A DNA stretch of 64,000 nt from Paragordius varius (GCA_964247055.1 OZ176056.1:7750001-7814000); one strand, 5' to 3'. Counted from the stretch's first letter, positions 1 through 13,393 are shown. Program-made: numbers and translations. Notes: a model not told the origin generated them from the letters alone.

Positions 1-1012
1 TAAACTAAATAAAAATGTTGTTTTGTTAATTACTACAGTAACAGTTGAAATTAAATGGCAAATATTTTATTCTAAAAAACAACTATACTTACGAATCTTG
101 ATTAACGCATTGTTAGAAATTATAAAGTGTGGAATAGAGATGTATATATGGTAACACAATCAATCATATATTTTATAAATTTTAATTAAATGGGTTGTAT
201 AGGAAAAATCAAGGTTTAAAAAATTATTTTATTTGAAAAATAATTGTTTGTATATTTGACGTTTCGTCCATATTTCACATGATAAACATATATATATATA
301 TATTATGTATATATTAAATACAAAAGCTTTAATTTTGATTTTATCGTGTAATCTATAGCCAAATTTATCATGATGATAGAATTGGACAATAAAAAAATTA
401 GAGAACTAAGTTATCGAAAGCCTGATTTAGATGTTTTTATGCTTTTGAAGCTTTCTTAATTTGTTATCATCTAAATGCCTATTCAAAATTTATATCAAAA
501 TTACCGTGATCGATATTGCAAATTCATAAATAAAAATTTGTGCATACAACCTAAATTAAATTCGGTGTTTTTCAGTAAATTGCACCAAAAAAGACATTAA
601 TCTGGGATCAGATCCTTAGTTTAACCGTACCTATGTCACTTTGCCCATGTTGATAAAGAATAAGCCGTTCGAATTTTTTTTATTCTTTATTGGGTTATAT
701 TATTTCGACATCTTATGAAGTCACATAGATAGTGGCAATAATTCTTCTCATCTTTTGATTAGATTACTTCATACCGGCTCATTTAACAAAAGGCTTCGTT
801 CAAAATTCATTTTTAATCAATTATAGAAACAATAACATTATTAATACTTTTAACTTATTTTTACGAGATAATCCTTAAAATTTAATTATATACAATCAAG
901 ATTTAAATGGTATATCTGAAACTATATAAAATATCACACTAAATTCTCTTATGGAAAGATTGCCTATATATCATAATTTGTAAATATCAAAAATAATTTT
1001 GTCATATTTTAG

Positions 1013-4000
1013 TTTTCAAACAATAGATGCGAATCCAAACAGTGGGAAAAATATTCGTGGTCCGCCAAAATTCAGGTTTTATCGGTTCCAAAGCCTTGAT
1101 AATGTAAGATATTATATACCATTTTTCATGCAAAAACATCATTTTTTCAACCAAATGCAACATTTTTTCAACCAAACTCAACATTTTTTCAAGCAAACGC
1201 AACATTTTTTCAAGCAAAGACAACATTTTTTCGAGCAAACACAACATTTTTTCAAGCAAAGACAACATTTTTTCAAGCAAGCGCAACATTTTTTCAAGCA
1301 AACGCAACATTTTTTCAACCAAAGACAACATTTTTTCATCCAAACGCAACATTTTTTCAACCAACGACAACATTTTTTCAAGCAAAAACAACAATTTTTT
1401 TAAAATAAAAAACCATTTTTTTTATTTTAAGACATATTAAATTTAAAGTTAGTGTAAATTAATTTTAGCGAAGAATTATACTTTTTATTGTTTTATCATC
1501 AATATTTGATGGTATGATTGATTTTCAAACATTTAATTTAGCCCATAAACTGCATTATTTATTTAGATTATATATTTTTTTCTTTTACAATTTAAGTTTC
1601 ACCTAATCAATCTATACTGCGCTTCAAGATTGTTCTTTTACATTTAAACTTAGTCCTAGAACACTTCAAGTTGATCCTTCTATATTTAATTTGATTCTAA
1701 CGTTTATTAATGAGGCAATAAAATATTCATTATTCAATAATTTAAACCTATTTTTTTTATTTAACCTAAACCTTTAGGTGAATACATTTCTTTCATAAGA
1801 ACCGTATATCCTTATTATTTTCTATAAATTAATATTGAAAAATATCTATGTTTTGTGGGTTATTGATGGTAATATTTAGTTTAAAACAATAATAAATTTA
1901 TAATATTGATAAAGAAAATTTTCAAACAAAGTTGTTTTACTATGAAAATATTAATGATTTAAAAACTAATAAATAGAGATATTAGTTTAAATTTAAAAGA
2001 TAATTACACACAAAAATAACGGTTGTATGGAAACTGCAAAAATGTAAGGAATTTTAAGCGAAGGATAACTTTAAATTTTTAAAGAGAGTCTTAAAGCGCA
2101 AATTGTATTGATTGTTAAAAAAAATATTTATAAATAAATAATGCAATTTATGGACTAAATTAAAATGTTTGAAAATCAATCATACCATCAAATATTGATG
2201 ATAAAACAATAAAAAGTATAATTCTTCGCTAAAATTAATTTACACTAACTTTAAATTTAATATGTCTTAAAATAAAAAAAATGGTTTTTTATTTTAAAAA
2301 AATTGTTGTTTTTGCTTGAAAAAATGTTGTCGTTGGTTGAAAAAATGTTGCGTTTGGATGAAAAAATGTTGTCTTTGGTTGAAAAAATGTTGCGTTTGCT
2401 TGAAAAAATGTTGCGCTTGCTTGAAAAAATGTTGTCTTTGCTTGAAAAAATGTTGCGTTTGCTCGAAAAAATGTTGTCTTTGCTTGAAAAAATGTTGCGT
2501 TTGCTTGAAAAAATGTTGAGTTTGGTTGAAAAAATGTTGCATTTGGTTGAAAAAATGATGTTTTTGCATGAAAAATGGTATAGTACGACACGTCTTTTAT
2601 GTTTTAATAAATCGCAAACTAAAAATAATTTATGGCAGTTTTTCAATCTAGAAAAATTTTAGCTTCAACACATATGGGATTAAAATAGAAAAATAAATAA
2701 AAATAAGATATTACTTCGATATACAGTAAATATTAGAATTATACGGACAAAACGTAAAAATATAATGACATGTAAAGAATACTTTTTAAGGATGCTTATT
2801 AAAATTATAACTCATTCATGCGAAGCATAAAATGTGGATGTATATTGACAACACAATCAATATAGAGAAATTCAAGGTTATAAAACTGCAAAATTTTTTT
2901 AGTATATTTTTAATTTTTTCGTTTTATCCGTATAATAATCATTATTGTATATAAAAAGCAAAGGGATATTTTAAGATTTGACATGTATTATAAGCTTTTT
3001 TCTAATAAAATTATACAACATAATATTTGTAATATTTTGTCGTAAATCTCATCAACCCAGCATGTACTATAATAATAGAAAATTTTAAATGAAATTCGCC
3101 AATATATCTATGGAAAATTGTGATAAAAACAAAATAAGTTAAACCATATTTACAAAACTAATTTAACAAGTTAAATATTTTTGGTTAAATTAAAAAAGTG
3201 TAACTCAAGGGTCGGCAACCTTTGGAGAGGAGACGTTTTTAAAATACAAAATTTTAGACGATACCTACACTTGAAAATATAATTAAAATATATGTTCATA
3301 TAATAGTATATAAAAAATGAAAAAATATTATTCATTACATGCTCTATAGTAGTAATAATAATGTGACTATGATTAAGAAATTTCGAACTCTTTTTTAATT
3401 AAAACCAAAAATTATAAGATATCGTTTTTTTGATGATAGTTTATTTATATTCATTTAAGAAATTTCGGCCTCGTACGCAGCCCGAGGAAGTCCTTCGGAC
3501 TTCTTGAGAGGGGGGAGGGCAAATTTTTTGCCTTTTTACACGTATGATCTCATAATTATGGCGAAAAATATCCTCAAAAACATATTTTTGAGCGGGGTTA
3601 AGTTATAGAGGCCCTAAACACACCATATTTGTTCAGCAATGATCTTAATATAAAAAACATAAGCAATTATTGGGGGAAACGTGCAAAAATAAGCTTTATT
3701 TTTGTGATCGGGTGTATAAATAATAAAAAAGACATGTATAGTTTTGTCCTTATGGAGTAAAGTATGACTTACACACATCCATAAAATTCCTATATATATA
3801 TATATATATATATATTAATGCATAACCTGTGATGCAGTTGATCACTGCAATAAGTGTAATTTGTCCTTATGGAATAGGTATATATGGCTAATACATTGGA
3901 TTGGAGCCTGCAAAACAGCTTGAAAAAAGGGCTCAACAAAATTGTGATCCATATATGTGGATTAATTTTAAAAATTATTTAATAGTTATGATCACATAGG

Positions 4001-7000
4001 ATTTTCAAAACGGGGCTTCATAGAATTTTGAAACTGTGCATTCACACTAATATATTGTTTACTGGTGTGAAGGACCCAAATTGACGGCGAACGGAAAAAA
4101 CCGCTATACAATAATTTTTACCATTTTGTGGGTTTTATAAGCTTTTATTGAACTCGTATGGCTTCTTAAGTTTTATGAAAACTTGCTCCAAAACCACGCC
4201 GTTTTTGTACGGGGGCTCAGTTTTAAACCAGCAGATCCCTGCCCATAGACCTATATGAAAAAAGCGCTGAGTTAAATTCTTTGCCTTTATAGGGCAAATA
4301 TTTAAAATCATCTTTGATACCATCGTCTCATGGGTTATTCGAAAAAATATGATGGCGTATTTTTAGGACATAAAGGCCCTAAATTAACGGCTAATAAAAA
4401 AAACGTCTGACTTAATTTTTACCCAATTACCGATAATATTTCAAGTTTTGAATGAGCACATATGGCTTCATAATTTTGTAAATTAGCTCCAAAACAACGC
4501 AATTTGTATATAGTGGCGCAGTTTTTGGCGGGTAGCTCCTTACCCAAGGCCTGGTATAAAAAAAGCGTTGGGCAAAATTTTTGCCTTTATATGGGGCTCT
4601 GAAATTATCATGGATTCCATATGTTCCTAAAGTTCTTGGAAATATTGCTTCAAAACTAAAAAATAGTTCTATGGCGGAGCCATTATTCAGGGCGTAAAAC
4701 TTTATTTAGCGACTCATTAGAATAACCCCTATATGAAATATTTTTTTAAGGGGTAATAAATATTTTAGGCCCTTATTGAACTCACATAATCGCATAATTT
4801 TTCTGAAAATTGTCTCCAAAGGCATGCTGTATCGATATTGTGACGCAGTTTTAGGCGGGCAGCCCTCTAACCAGGGGCGAAACAAAACGATTAAAATTTT
4901 TGCCTTAATTAGGGTAATACCTGGAATCATGCTGGATTCCATATGCTCTCGTGGGATTTTCGAAAAATTGCCTCAAAACCAATCACTCTATGGTGGCGTA
5001 TTTTTAAGGGCAAAGGCCTAATTAAGGTATTTTAATAAAACCGCTCTACTAAAATTTTTGCCTTGTTAGGGGTAAATTTCAAGCCCTTATTGAATTCATA
5101 AGGCCTGATAAGTTTTCTAAAATTTGCGTCGAAAGTCACGCTGTATTGATATGGTGGTGCAGTTGTAAGCCCCCTACCTACAGGCCAATATATAAAAGAC
5201 GCTCGATAAAAATATTTGCCTATATAGGGGAATACCTGGAATCATCATGCATTCCATATTTTCTTAATAGTTTTTGAAAGAATGGCTTCATAACAATATA
5301 ATAGTTCAATGATAGCCCATTTTTAGGCGTAAAGGGCCTAATTGACGGCTAATTTAAAAAAACCGCTCGACAAATTTTTGCCTTTTACAGGTAATAATTT
5401 AGGCCCTCATTGAACTTGTATTGCCTGATATGTTTTCTGTAACTCCTAAACAACGCAATATCGATATGGTGGGGCAGTTTTAGGCGGGTAGCTCCCTACC
5501 CAAAGGCTGATACAAAAAAATTGTTTTAAAAATTTGCAATAAATAGGGGTGATGGAGATAAAATAGAAAAACATATTAAATATATAAAATTTCTTTAATC
5601 ATTCTTTTACGGGTTTTACATAGGGTATATTGTTTACTCTTTTAAACTGTCCCTTGTGAAAGTTAATATTCAAGTATCATTGGATTTAATTTAAGATTTT
5701 CGTTTTACGAAATCATGGTTAGTTTTAATTTGAAATTGTGTTCACACAGCTGGGATCAAGGGATATAAAAAGTAACTCATTTTTGGTCCCTTTTTAAAAG
5801 TAAGAATGATATACAAATTAGCCAGAAATGTGTTTTACTGAACTCGTATCTCTTCTTAAGTTTTTAAATCAGCTCCAAAGTCACGCCATATTTGTATGGC
5901 GTCTCAGTTTTAAACCGGTAGACCCCTACCCATAGACCTATATGGAAAAGCGCTGAGTTAAATCTTTGCATTTATGGGGCAAATATTTGGAATCATCTTT
6001 GATACCATCGTCTCATAGGTTATTCGAAAAAATACCTCAACACTAAATAATCGTTATATGATGGCGTATTTTTAGGGGCATAAAGGCCCCAAATTAACGG
6101 CTGATCAAAAACGCCTGACCTTTTTTAGTTGTGGGTAATATTTCAAGCTTTTAATGAACTCATATGGCTTCATAAATTTTCTGTAAATTAAATCCAAAAA
6201 CGCAATTTTTATATAGTGGCGCAGTTTTTTGGGTATCCCCTTTTCCAGGGGCAGTATAAAAAAGCGTTAAACCTAATTTATTGCCTCAATTCTGGTAATA
6301 CCTGGAATCATGATTGATTCCATATGCTTTCATGGGATCGAAAAATTGCCTCAAAACCAAAAATTCATTCTATGGTGGCGCATTTTTTAGGGCAAGGGCC
6401 TAATTAAGGGGTAATTTAATAAAACCGCTCTACTTAAATTTTTCCTTTTTTACGAGTAATATTTCAAGCCCTTATTGAACTCATATGGCCTGATACACTT
6501 TAATTTACCTCCAAAGTCACGCTGTATGGTGGCGCAGCTGGTGGCGGGTAGTCCCTACCCAGAAGCCAATAAATAAGACCTTCGATAAAAAGTTTGCCTT
6601 TATAGGGGAATACCTGGAAACATCATCCATTCCATATGTTCTTAATAGTTTTCGGAAGAATGGCTTAAAACCAAATAATAGTTCACTGATAGCGCATTTT
6701 TTAGGGCGTAAAGGGGCTAATTAATGGCTAATTTAGATAACCGCTCAACTTACATTTTTGCCTTTTTACAGGTAATATTTCAGGCCTTTATAAAACTTAT
6801 ATGGCCTGATAAGTTTTCTGAAAATTAACTCCTGAACAACGTAATTTCGATATGGTGGCGCAGTTTTTAGCGGGTATCTCCTTACCCAACCACCAATATA
6901 AAAAACGCACGCCAAATTTGGGAATACCAGTAATCCTAATTAAATTACGGTCTCATTCCTTGGGCGAAAAATATTCAAAAAATTATTTTTGTGGAATTTG

Positions 7001-10000
7001 TTTTTTTGAGAAAAATGGCATTTTACGGGGGGAGCGGGTAAAAAGAGGGCCTAAATTAAAAATGCGAGCCTACTATGTTGGTGCAATCGAAAAAAAGTAA
7101 TTAAAAATCATTTGAAATCGAATGGACCAACATGTTTTTCGGAAAATTGTCTCAAAGACACGATTTTTGTGGATTTTTAAAAAACCGTTTTTTACACGGG
7201 GTGGGCCCGAACTGGGGCCTAATTCAAAAAAAAGCGAAGCTATTGTCGGGGCATTCATTAATGATTATATTTTTTCGACATTTGGATATGAATGTGTCTT
7301 CCGGTTTTTCAGAAACAGATCACAAAGCCACCACCATCCATTTTTATAAATATGATAAGATTAAAAATTCAATGTGCTTTCATCCTAGAATATTCTTTGA
7401 TAATTCATTGCTTTGGCGAGCCAAGTTTGACTCGCGAGCTCTAGGTTACCGAACCCTGGTGTCACTGGTTTTGAAATTAAAATTGGTTAAATGACTCTAA
7501 ACAATTAAAGAATTGATTGTATTAATATAAGTAAAAATAATAAAAGAGCCAAACATAAAAAGATTAAAACTAAAACTAAAAAACAAATAGTTTCATCAAA
7601 CAACCATTTTTAAACATTCTCATCGTTTCGTAACCACAATGAATACATATTTTAATAATGTATATAGATTAAGTATTATTTGCTTTTAAGTTTTTAGATT
7701 TTGTCTGTATGAATTTTAATCATTGATTAAATGGTAGATCTATCATTGGTTGCGCTACATAGCATATAATTACCCAAAGTATGTTACAGTAGAAACTATT
7801 GGGTACACTTATGAGCAAAGACCTCTCATTCTCGTAAAGGTTTTTATGACTATATTTACTAATTTTACACTAATATAAAAGAAAGATTCCATAATTATAG
7901 AGTAAAAATTCAAATTATACGGACAAAATGTAAAAATTAAAAGAAAATGACAACCATACTTTTTTATACCTTGAATGAATTTTTTATACCCTTAACTATT
8001 TAATTCTATTTTTCGGATACAACACTTCTTTTAAGTCATCGAATTCGAATTGAGGTATTTGGGAACCCCAGGCATGTTTAAATCAAATGTTTTTAAAAAT
8101 ATGAAACAAATTGACACCATTGCGAAAATTTGCTCTTTTATAAGATATATGACATTTTATATAAAAAAATTCATCTAAAAAAACTTGATATTTATATTAT
8201 TTGTAGACCTCAAGATTTTAGTCAACATGACATGTGTGCATTAGCTAAATAAAAAATACAAAATTCACCTTTTCTGGTTATACCAATATTAGATGTGATT
8301 TAAATAAGAATTAGCTTTAATTTTAGCGTTAGAAACATATATACACGATATTTTGCGAAAATGTTGTCTAATAAAAATGGCGTGAAAGTACTTTGATATG
8401 GAACTTTTTTTCAAAACTAATTGTATATTAATTTTTTGGTTTATTTATAAAATTCATTAGAAGTATAAATTTATAACCTTCTATTCGGTAATACTTGTGT
8501 CTGGGGTCCCTAACTCCAATTTGAATCGAAATGTTAAATTAGTTTTTTTTTAATTATATCTATCCCTATTTCGCAACCCAAAGCGATGATTATGATTTTA
8601 AAAAATTAGGGTTTATTGTCTTATTTTTATAAAAAAAATTTGTCGTACAATTTTAAATTTATGTGTATTAACAATAATATCTCTTTATTTTTTGCAAATT
8701 TAGTTATCTTCAGATAATATTGAAACATTGAATGACAAAAGTAATGGAAAAAAGAAACGAGTTATATGGATTCAGGCTGGAACACATGCCCGAGAATGGA
8801 TAAGTATAGCTACAACCTTATGTCTCATGTCAAAAATTTTGAAGCATTTTTCACACCACAACCAAAGTTTAACCAAAATTACTCAACCAAATGGGATATA
8901 TTCTTTAATATCGCAATTCGATTTTTATTTTATTCCTGTCATGAATCCTGATGGGTAGGTAAATACACATATATTATATACTAGCGTTGTTTAACGCTTC
9001 AAACAAGTGTAAAGATATTCCATTTGCACTTTAAAAGTGTCCTTAAACACTTTAAATTCGTCCTTGAATACTTCAAGTTGGTCCTTATGTTGGTGCATAA
9101 TTTTTTTAAGCTGTATTTAACCATAATTTTGCAGTTTTTTTATTCTATTATTTTTTACTTAATTTTGTTTATTGGTTATATATAAAATTTGCACTTTAAG
9201 AGTGCTCTCAAACATTTCAAGAGTGTCATTTAACACTTCAAATCGGTCCTACAACATTTCAATTTCGAACAATTCAAATGTTTCAACTTTTTTAAATTGT
9301 TCCTAACCATAATTTTTAAAAGTATTTTTATTATTTTTTACCTTAAATTTTATTTAATTATTATTTATATATTCATTTAAAACTAATATTTTTTTAAAAA
9401 GGAGTTTTTTATTCCATTTAAATTATTAAATTATGTTTTTGACGAAAAATTATAATAAATCACCTAGAAAATTATATTTTTTAACTACATGTTAGATCTT
9501 ATAAAAATTGTTAGATATTTATGAACTTAATAATAATATACGGATTCTGAATGATCAAAAGTTATTGATAAGTTTGGTTAAATTTAGAGAATAGGTTAAA
9601 AATATTAAAATATATTAACGATACACGGTTTGATTGGTTATAGATAAAAACAATTTAAAAAAGTGGAAGGATCGACTTGAAGTGTTCAATGACGAAGTGT
9701 TGAAGGACCAACCTTAAATGTTCAAGGACTAACTTGAAGTGTTTAATAACACTCTTGAAGTGCAAATGATAATTTAAATAAAAAATTATTTTTTTTGTAA
9801 AAACATGGGCGGTTAAATCTTGGATAACCCAATGACGATTATTGTCTCTAAAACAAATCAGCACGACTACAAACACCAAAAATCACTTTATTTTCGAATT
9901 TTGGTCTATGTTTTATATAAACGTAATATATATACCATTTGCACTTCAAGAGTGTCCTTGAACAGTTCAAGTTGGTCCTTGAACAATTCAAGTTGGTCCT

Positions 10001-12894
10001 TGAACAGTTCAAGTTGGTCCTTGAACATTTCAAGTTGGTCCTTTGAGTTTTTGTTTTCTTTTTAACTTTTATCAATCAAATCGTAAATAATTCATCTATT
10101 TTATTGTTTTTAACCTATTTTCTATTATTTAACATAAATTTTAAATCGATATCAACTTTTAATCTATGAGAAACCGTATATCTTTATTTTTCTTAAAATA
10201 ATTTTGGATATTTATAAGATTTTAATACGAAATGAAAAAATATATAACTTTTCTGGGTTATTAATTAAAATTTTTCATTAAAAACATTTAAAAGTCAATA
10301 ATTTTGTTTATTGAAAAAAATAGTTTGAAACAAAAAAGTGGTTTTTCAATAAAAATTTTTATTTTTAAATGAATAAATATATAATAAATAAAGAAAATTA
10401 GGTTAATAAATAATAAAATAAAAAAATAAATGCAAAAATTATGGTTAAATTAAAATTTATAAATTTTAAGGACCAACTTGAAGTGTTCAAGGACCAACTT
10501 GAACTGTTCATGGACCAACTTGAATTGTTCAAGGACCAACTTGAATTGTTCAAGGACCAACTTGAAGTGTTCGATCTTGAAGTGCAAATGGTATAAAATA
10601 AATGCGAAACGGGTCCAACAAATTACACACCTTTAATAATATTTAAGCTAACAATCATAATAGATTTCCATAATTTAATTAACGAAATTGGACATAGTTT
10701 TTATTCGTAAATATCATACCATATTTTTATCATGGTTTCCAATCATATTTGTTGTGTTTATAAATGCATGAATTTTGCAAAAAAATAATAGTCCAGATGT
10801 CCTACCTTAATTTATATGAAAAAACATTTATTAATAGGGTTAGATTTTTATATTAAAAGTTTTAGGCAGTAACATTGCTTTATGTAGAAAACTACTTTAT
10901 TTTTTACAATATTTTAGATATGCTTATAGTTGGGAAAAAGATCGATTATGGCGCGGGAATCGCCGACCTTATAATAATAATAAATGTATTGGCATCGATC
11001 TCAATAGAAACTGGTTGAGAATTAACACTTCAATATTTTCTGACAATATAAGTCCTGTTTCGTTAAGCAATGATACTTTAAGCTCAGTAAAGCCTATATA
11101 TCGAATAAAACGCCGAAAGAGGTTAACACATTTTTATTTTTATATAATGAAGTTAACGATCGGATATCGGTTAAATGTTATTATAGTATAATAAGTTTTT
11201 TCTATATGCACTGTGTAAGCATAAATACATTTTGGTATTTATATGTTCAGCTAAATATGTTGCTTTTGTGTATACACGATAAAAGTCAATATAAGTTTCG
11301 CGTTTGACTCTCGAAGTTCCAATCCCAATACTTTAAAAAAATTTACAGTGTGCAATTATTTGGTTGCTAATTTCACACTATAGTTGGGCAATTTACACCC
11401 TAGTTGTTTATAGAAAAAAAAGTTTTTTCCTTTCTTTTTTCCATAAGTTATTGTGTTGCAAATTGCCGAACTTTAGAGTGAAAGCAACCATTTTAATGCA
11501 TACTGTATTATGATATTATTTTTGATTGCTTAATATTTTTAAACTTTTGATTCATAATAGAACTAATTCCATTTTCAGTTCCGACTAGTCTATTTTAATC
11601 ATGTTATATTATACGTTGCTTTTAAATAAATTATTTTTTATTCCTATTTTCATCAGAAAAAAATGTAGCAGATTGTATGGCGGTCCCTATGCTTTTTCCG
11701 AACTAGAAACAAAAGCTATCTCTACTTATGTCCTAAACATGGGTCGTCGTGAACAAAAAATCACCGCTATGATAGAATTCCACAGTCCTGGTCAAATCAT
11801 AATGTTTCCTTGGGGATGGACTGAAACACCCCTGCCCACCAAAATTTATAATGATTTGGTGAGCATTAATAACCATTTAAGAGTTTATTATAGACAGATT
11901 TAAGCGAAATCCTAATTTCGTAAGCGGAGGGTTAAACGGCAGGGTTTGTAAATTTCGCTCTTTAAATTGGAACAGACAAAATAATATTCTTAATACGCTA
12001 AACTATAAATGCATAATAAATTGTCATTAAAAAAAATTTGTTAAAATATAAAAATGTTGCTTTTGGTTGAAAAAATGTTGCGCTTGGATTAAAAAATGAC
12101 GTTTGATTAAAAAATGTTACTCTTAAATGAAAAATGGTATGTTGATTCTCAAAGAAGCGGTTTTAAAATTAATATTATAATCTAACAACCATTAGTTGAA
12201 TCGGTCTCATATATAACGTTTTTTCTCTAGTTTCTTTAAAGAATATTTATTCAGTTAAATTTTTCATAAGCAGTAGAGTTCTTGAGCTATTTATTCCTTT
12301 CTTTAAATTTATTGCAACTTCAATTTAAAAAGATATAAATGTAAGAAAATTTGTGATGTCCAAATAGTAGGATATAGAAATTATATCGAATTAACTGCAA
12401 TCTATCAATTAAGTTTTTTAATTAAACGAACCAAATTTTAAAATCTTAATAGATTTTTACAGGTAAATATCTATAATATATATTAGGATGCTAAAATTAT
12501 ACACTACTTTGCTAATATGAGTGATGCTTTTTCAGTGAAACTGACAAAAACTGAAGAAAAATTAAATTTGCCTCATAATTATACTACTTCATTCCCTAAA
12601 ATCATTAATTACATTTTATATCTAATCCCATATAAGCTCACAACAGCTTACGAAATGTCACGAGCTATCAAACAAACAAGCAATACAACATACACATTTG
12701 GTCAAATAACTGAACTGTTATATACAGCTTTTGGCAATTCTCTGGATTGGTTCTATGCCATTGCAGGAGTTAAATGGGCCTATGCCTTTGAATTGAGAGA
12801 TTTGGAAAATTTCAACATATCCAAACAACATTTAAAACCATCGTGTCAAGAAATATTTAGGGCTTTACTTGTGTTAGCTAAAAATATACTATAA
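1013..12894 (+). CDS. M14A zinc carboxypeptidase (carboxypeptidase A-like), multi-exon, 5' end (signal/prodomain) not located
   Basis: Exons joined with phase-compatible GT-AG: 1013-1103 (..[12 protein letters not shown]), 7738-7839 ([23 protein letters not shown]), 8704-8954 ([20 protein letters not shown]), 10918-11121 ([23 protein letters not shown]), 11657-11858 ([24 protein letters not shown]), 12487 or 12637-12894 ([16 protein letters not shown]). Zn ligands HxxE and H, plus Arg127, Asn144-Arg145, Tyr248 and Glu270 equivalents, are present. The position-255 equivalent is Leu (CPA-like, not the Asp of CPB). Confidence 0.92.
1117..2580. mobile_element. Foldback-type non-autonomous TIR element, ~460-bp arms each with ~13 copies of a 21-bp repeat
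   Basis: Termini TACCATTTTTCATG / CATGAAAAATGGTA, TA at 1115-16 and 2581-82. Arms ~1117-1575 and ~2122-2580 are reverse complements. Unit AACATTTTTTCAAGCAAACGC. Lies in carboxypeptidase intron 1. Confidence 0.9.
1610..1950. mobile_element. Degenerate copy of the TACCATTTGCAC MITE family in the spacer of the foldback
   Basis: Contains acacttcaagttgatcc, aaccgtatatc and gggttatt blocks in the same order as the 9933-10593 and 47811-48380 copies. Confidence 0.55.
2724..2947. mobile_element. Tc1-like MITE (CAGTAAAAA..ATTATACGGACAAAA family)
   Basis: TA-flanked; TIR cagtaaatattagaattatacggacaaaa versus ttttatccgtataat..attg. Other copies at 26933-27730, 28501-28736 and 37389-37668. Confidence 0.65.
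3950..5515 (-). repeat. Tandem array of ~315-bp units (dimer of ~158-bp subunits), Helitron-internal repeat
   Basis: ggcgcagttttt-like motif recurs at ~4215, 4515, 4841, 5156 and 5470; a half-period tatggtggcg..ttttagg motif lies between. More degenerate units may extend to ~3530. Confidence 0.8.
5516..7360 (-). mobile_element. Non-autonomous Helitron (copy 1) with internal tandem array; 3' hairpin/CTAG missing
   Basis: Reverse complement of 52085-54050. 5' end A^TCTTATCATATTTATAAAAA at 7360. Repeat units at ~5900, 6218, 6531 and 6857. The 3' segment runs directly into a second array at 5515. Confidence 0.75.
9019..9771. mobile_element. MITE, TACCATTTGCAC family (older copy, duplicated left end)
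   Basis: ttccatttgcacttt at ~9019, a second left end at ~9188, right end cttgaagtgcaaatgata at ~9771; 21-bp cttgaacacttcaagttggtc units. Confidence 0.75.
9933..10593. mobile_element. MITE, TACCATTTGCAC family with 21-bp subterminal repeats
   Basis: TA|TACCATTTGCACTTCAAG ... CTTGAAGTGCAAATGGTA|TA; 4-5 copies of CTTGAACAnTTCAAGTTGGTC in each arm. Confidence 0.9.
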
Positions 12895-12929
12895 TTAAAA
12901 AAATTCGATCATAAACATAGCGTAATACA

Positions 12930-13222
12930 TAAGTGTTCAACACACTGCCCGCGGGCCGAATGCTGGCCGAAATAAAATATATGGTTGCGAATTTATTAAA
13001 TTACCAAATAAATATATATTACAGAATTTATTAATGTTTCTTACCGAATAGCCTTTTGTAATTGACGACGAAGTTGAAAAAATTGGTGAAATAAAGAGTA
13101 TTTGGGTTTTTTCGCAATTTTATTATAGTCTATCTGAATTATAAAATCTAATGACTTATTTAAAATTACCATACCCCGATTTTCGTACGCGGCCCGCGAG
13201 GCGATTGGTGTTGGTCACTGCT
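12930..13222. mobile_element. Possible hAT-type MITE
   Basis: Subterminal GC motifs tgcccgcgggccgaatgc and gcggcccgcgag, with imperfect TIR (agtgttcaacac / gtgttggtcact). No TSD confirmed. Confidence 0.4.
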
Positions 13223-13362
13223 TGTGTAAACCAACTCATTACAATTAAAATTTTTATGCCAACAAAAATTTATAAAATTCTCTTAACAGATCCTAACTAT
13301 ATTAATTTATCACACAAGGATTTTATAAATTTTGCAATAAACGCATTCGTCCAAATCCATAG

Positions 13363-13393
<31 letters not shown>

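Noticed and set aside
999-2662. Repetitive ORFs (QHFFKQ, MLRLLEK, KKCC) as proteins, or the 21-bp array as a CRISPR
   Set aside because: They are translations of the 21-bp TIR repeats. Units are contiguous with no unique spacers, there are no cas genes, and the context is eukaryotic. Only 1013-1103 of that ORF is kept, as an exon.
3488-3504. GAAGTCC-TTC-GGACTTC hairpin as a terminator or Helitron end
   Set aside because: No adjacent CTAG and no relevant gene context; probably part of a decayed MITE.
4135-7494. Short ORFs in the 315-bp array and Helitron body (also 51971-52596)
   Set aside because: No domain motifs and no Rep/helicase signature; these are by-products of a less AT-rich repeat.
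9655-10075. ORFs with SLNSSSW / CSRTNLN / VLEHFK repeats (also 47850-48119)
   Set aside because: Translations of the 21-bp MITE units.
12463-12486. 24-nt GT-AG segment after a 10-nt candidate micro-exon in the carboxypeptidase
   Set aside because: Including the micro-exon shifts the frame to an immediate stop.
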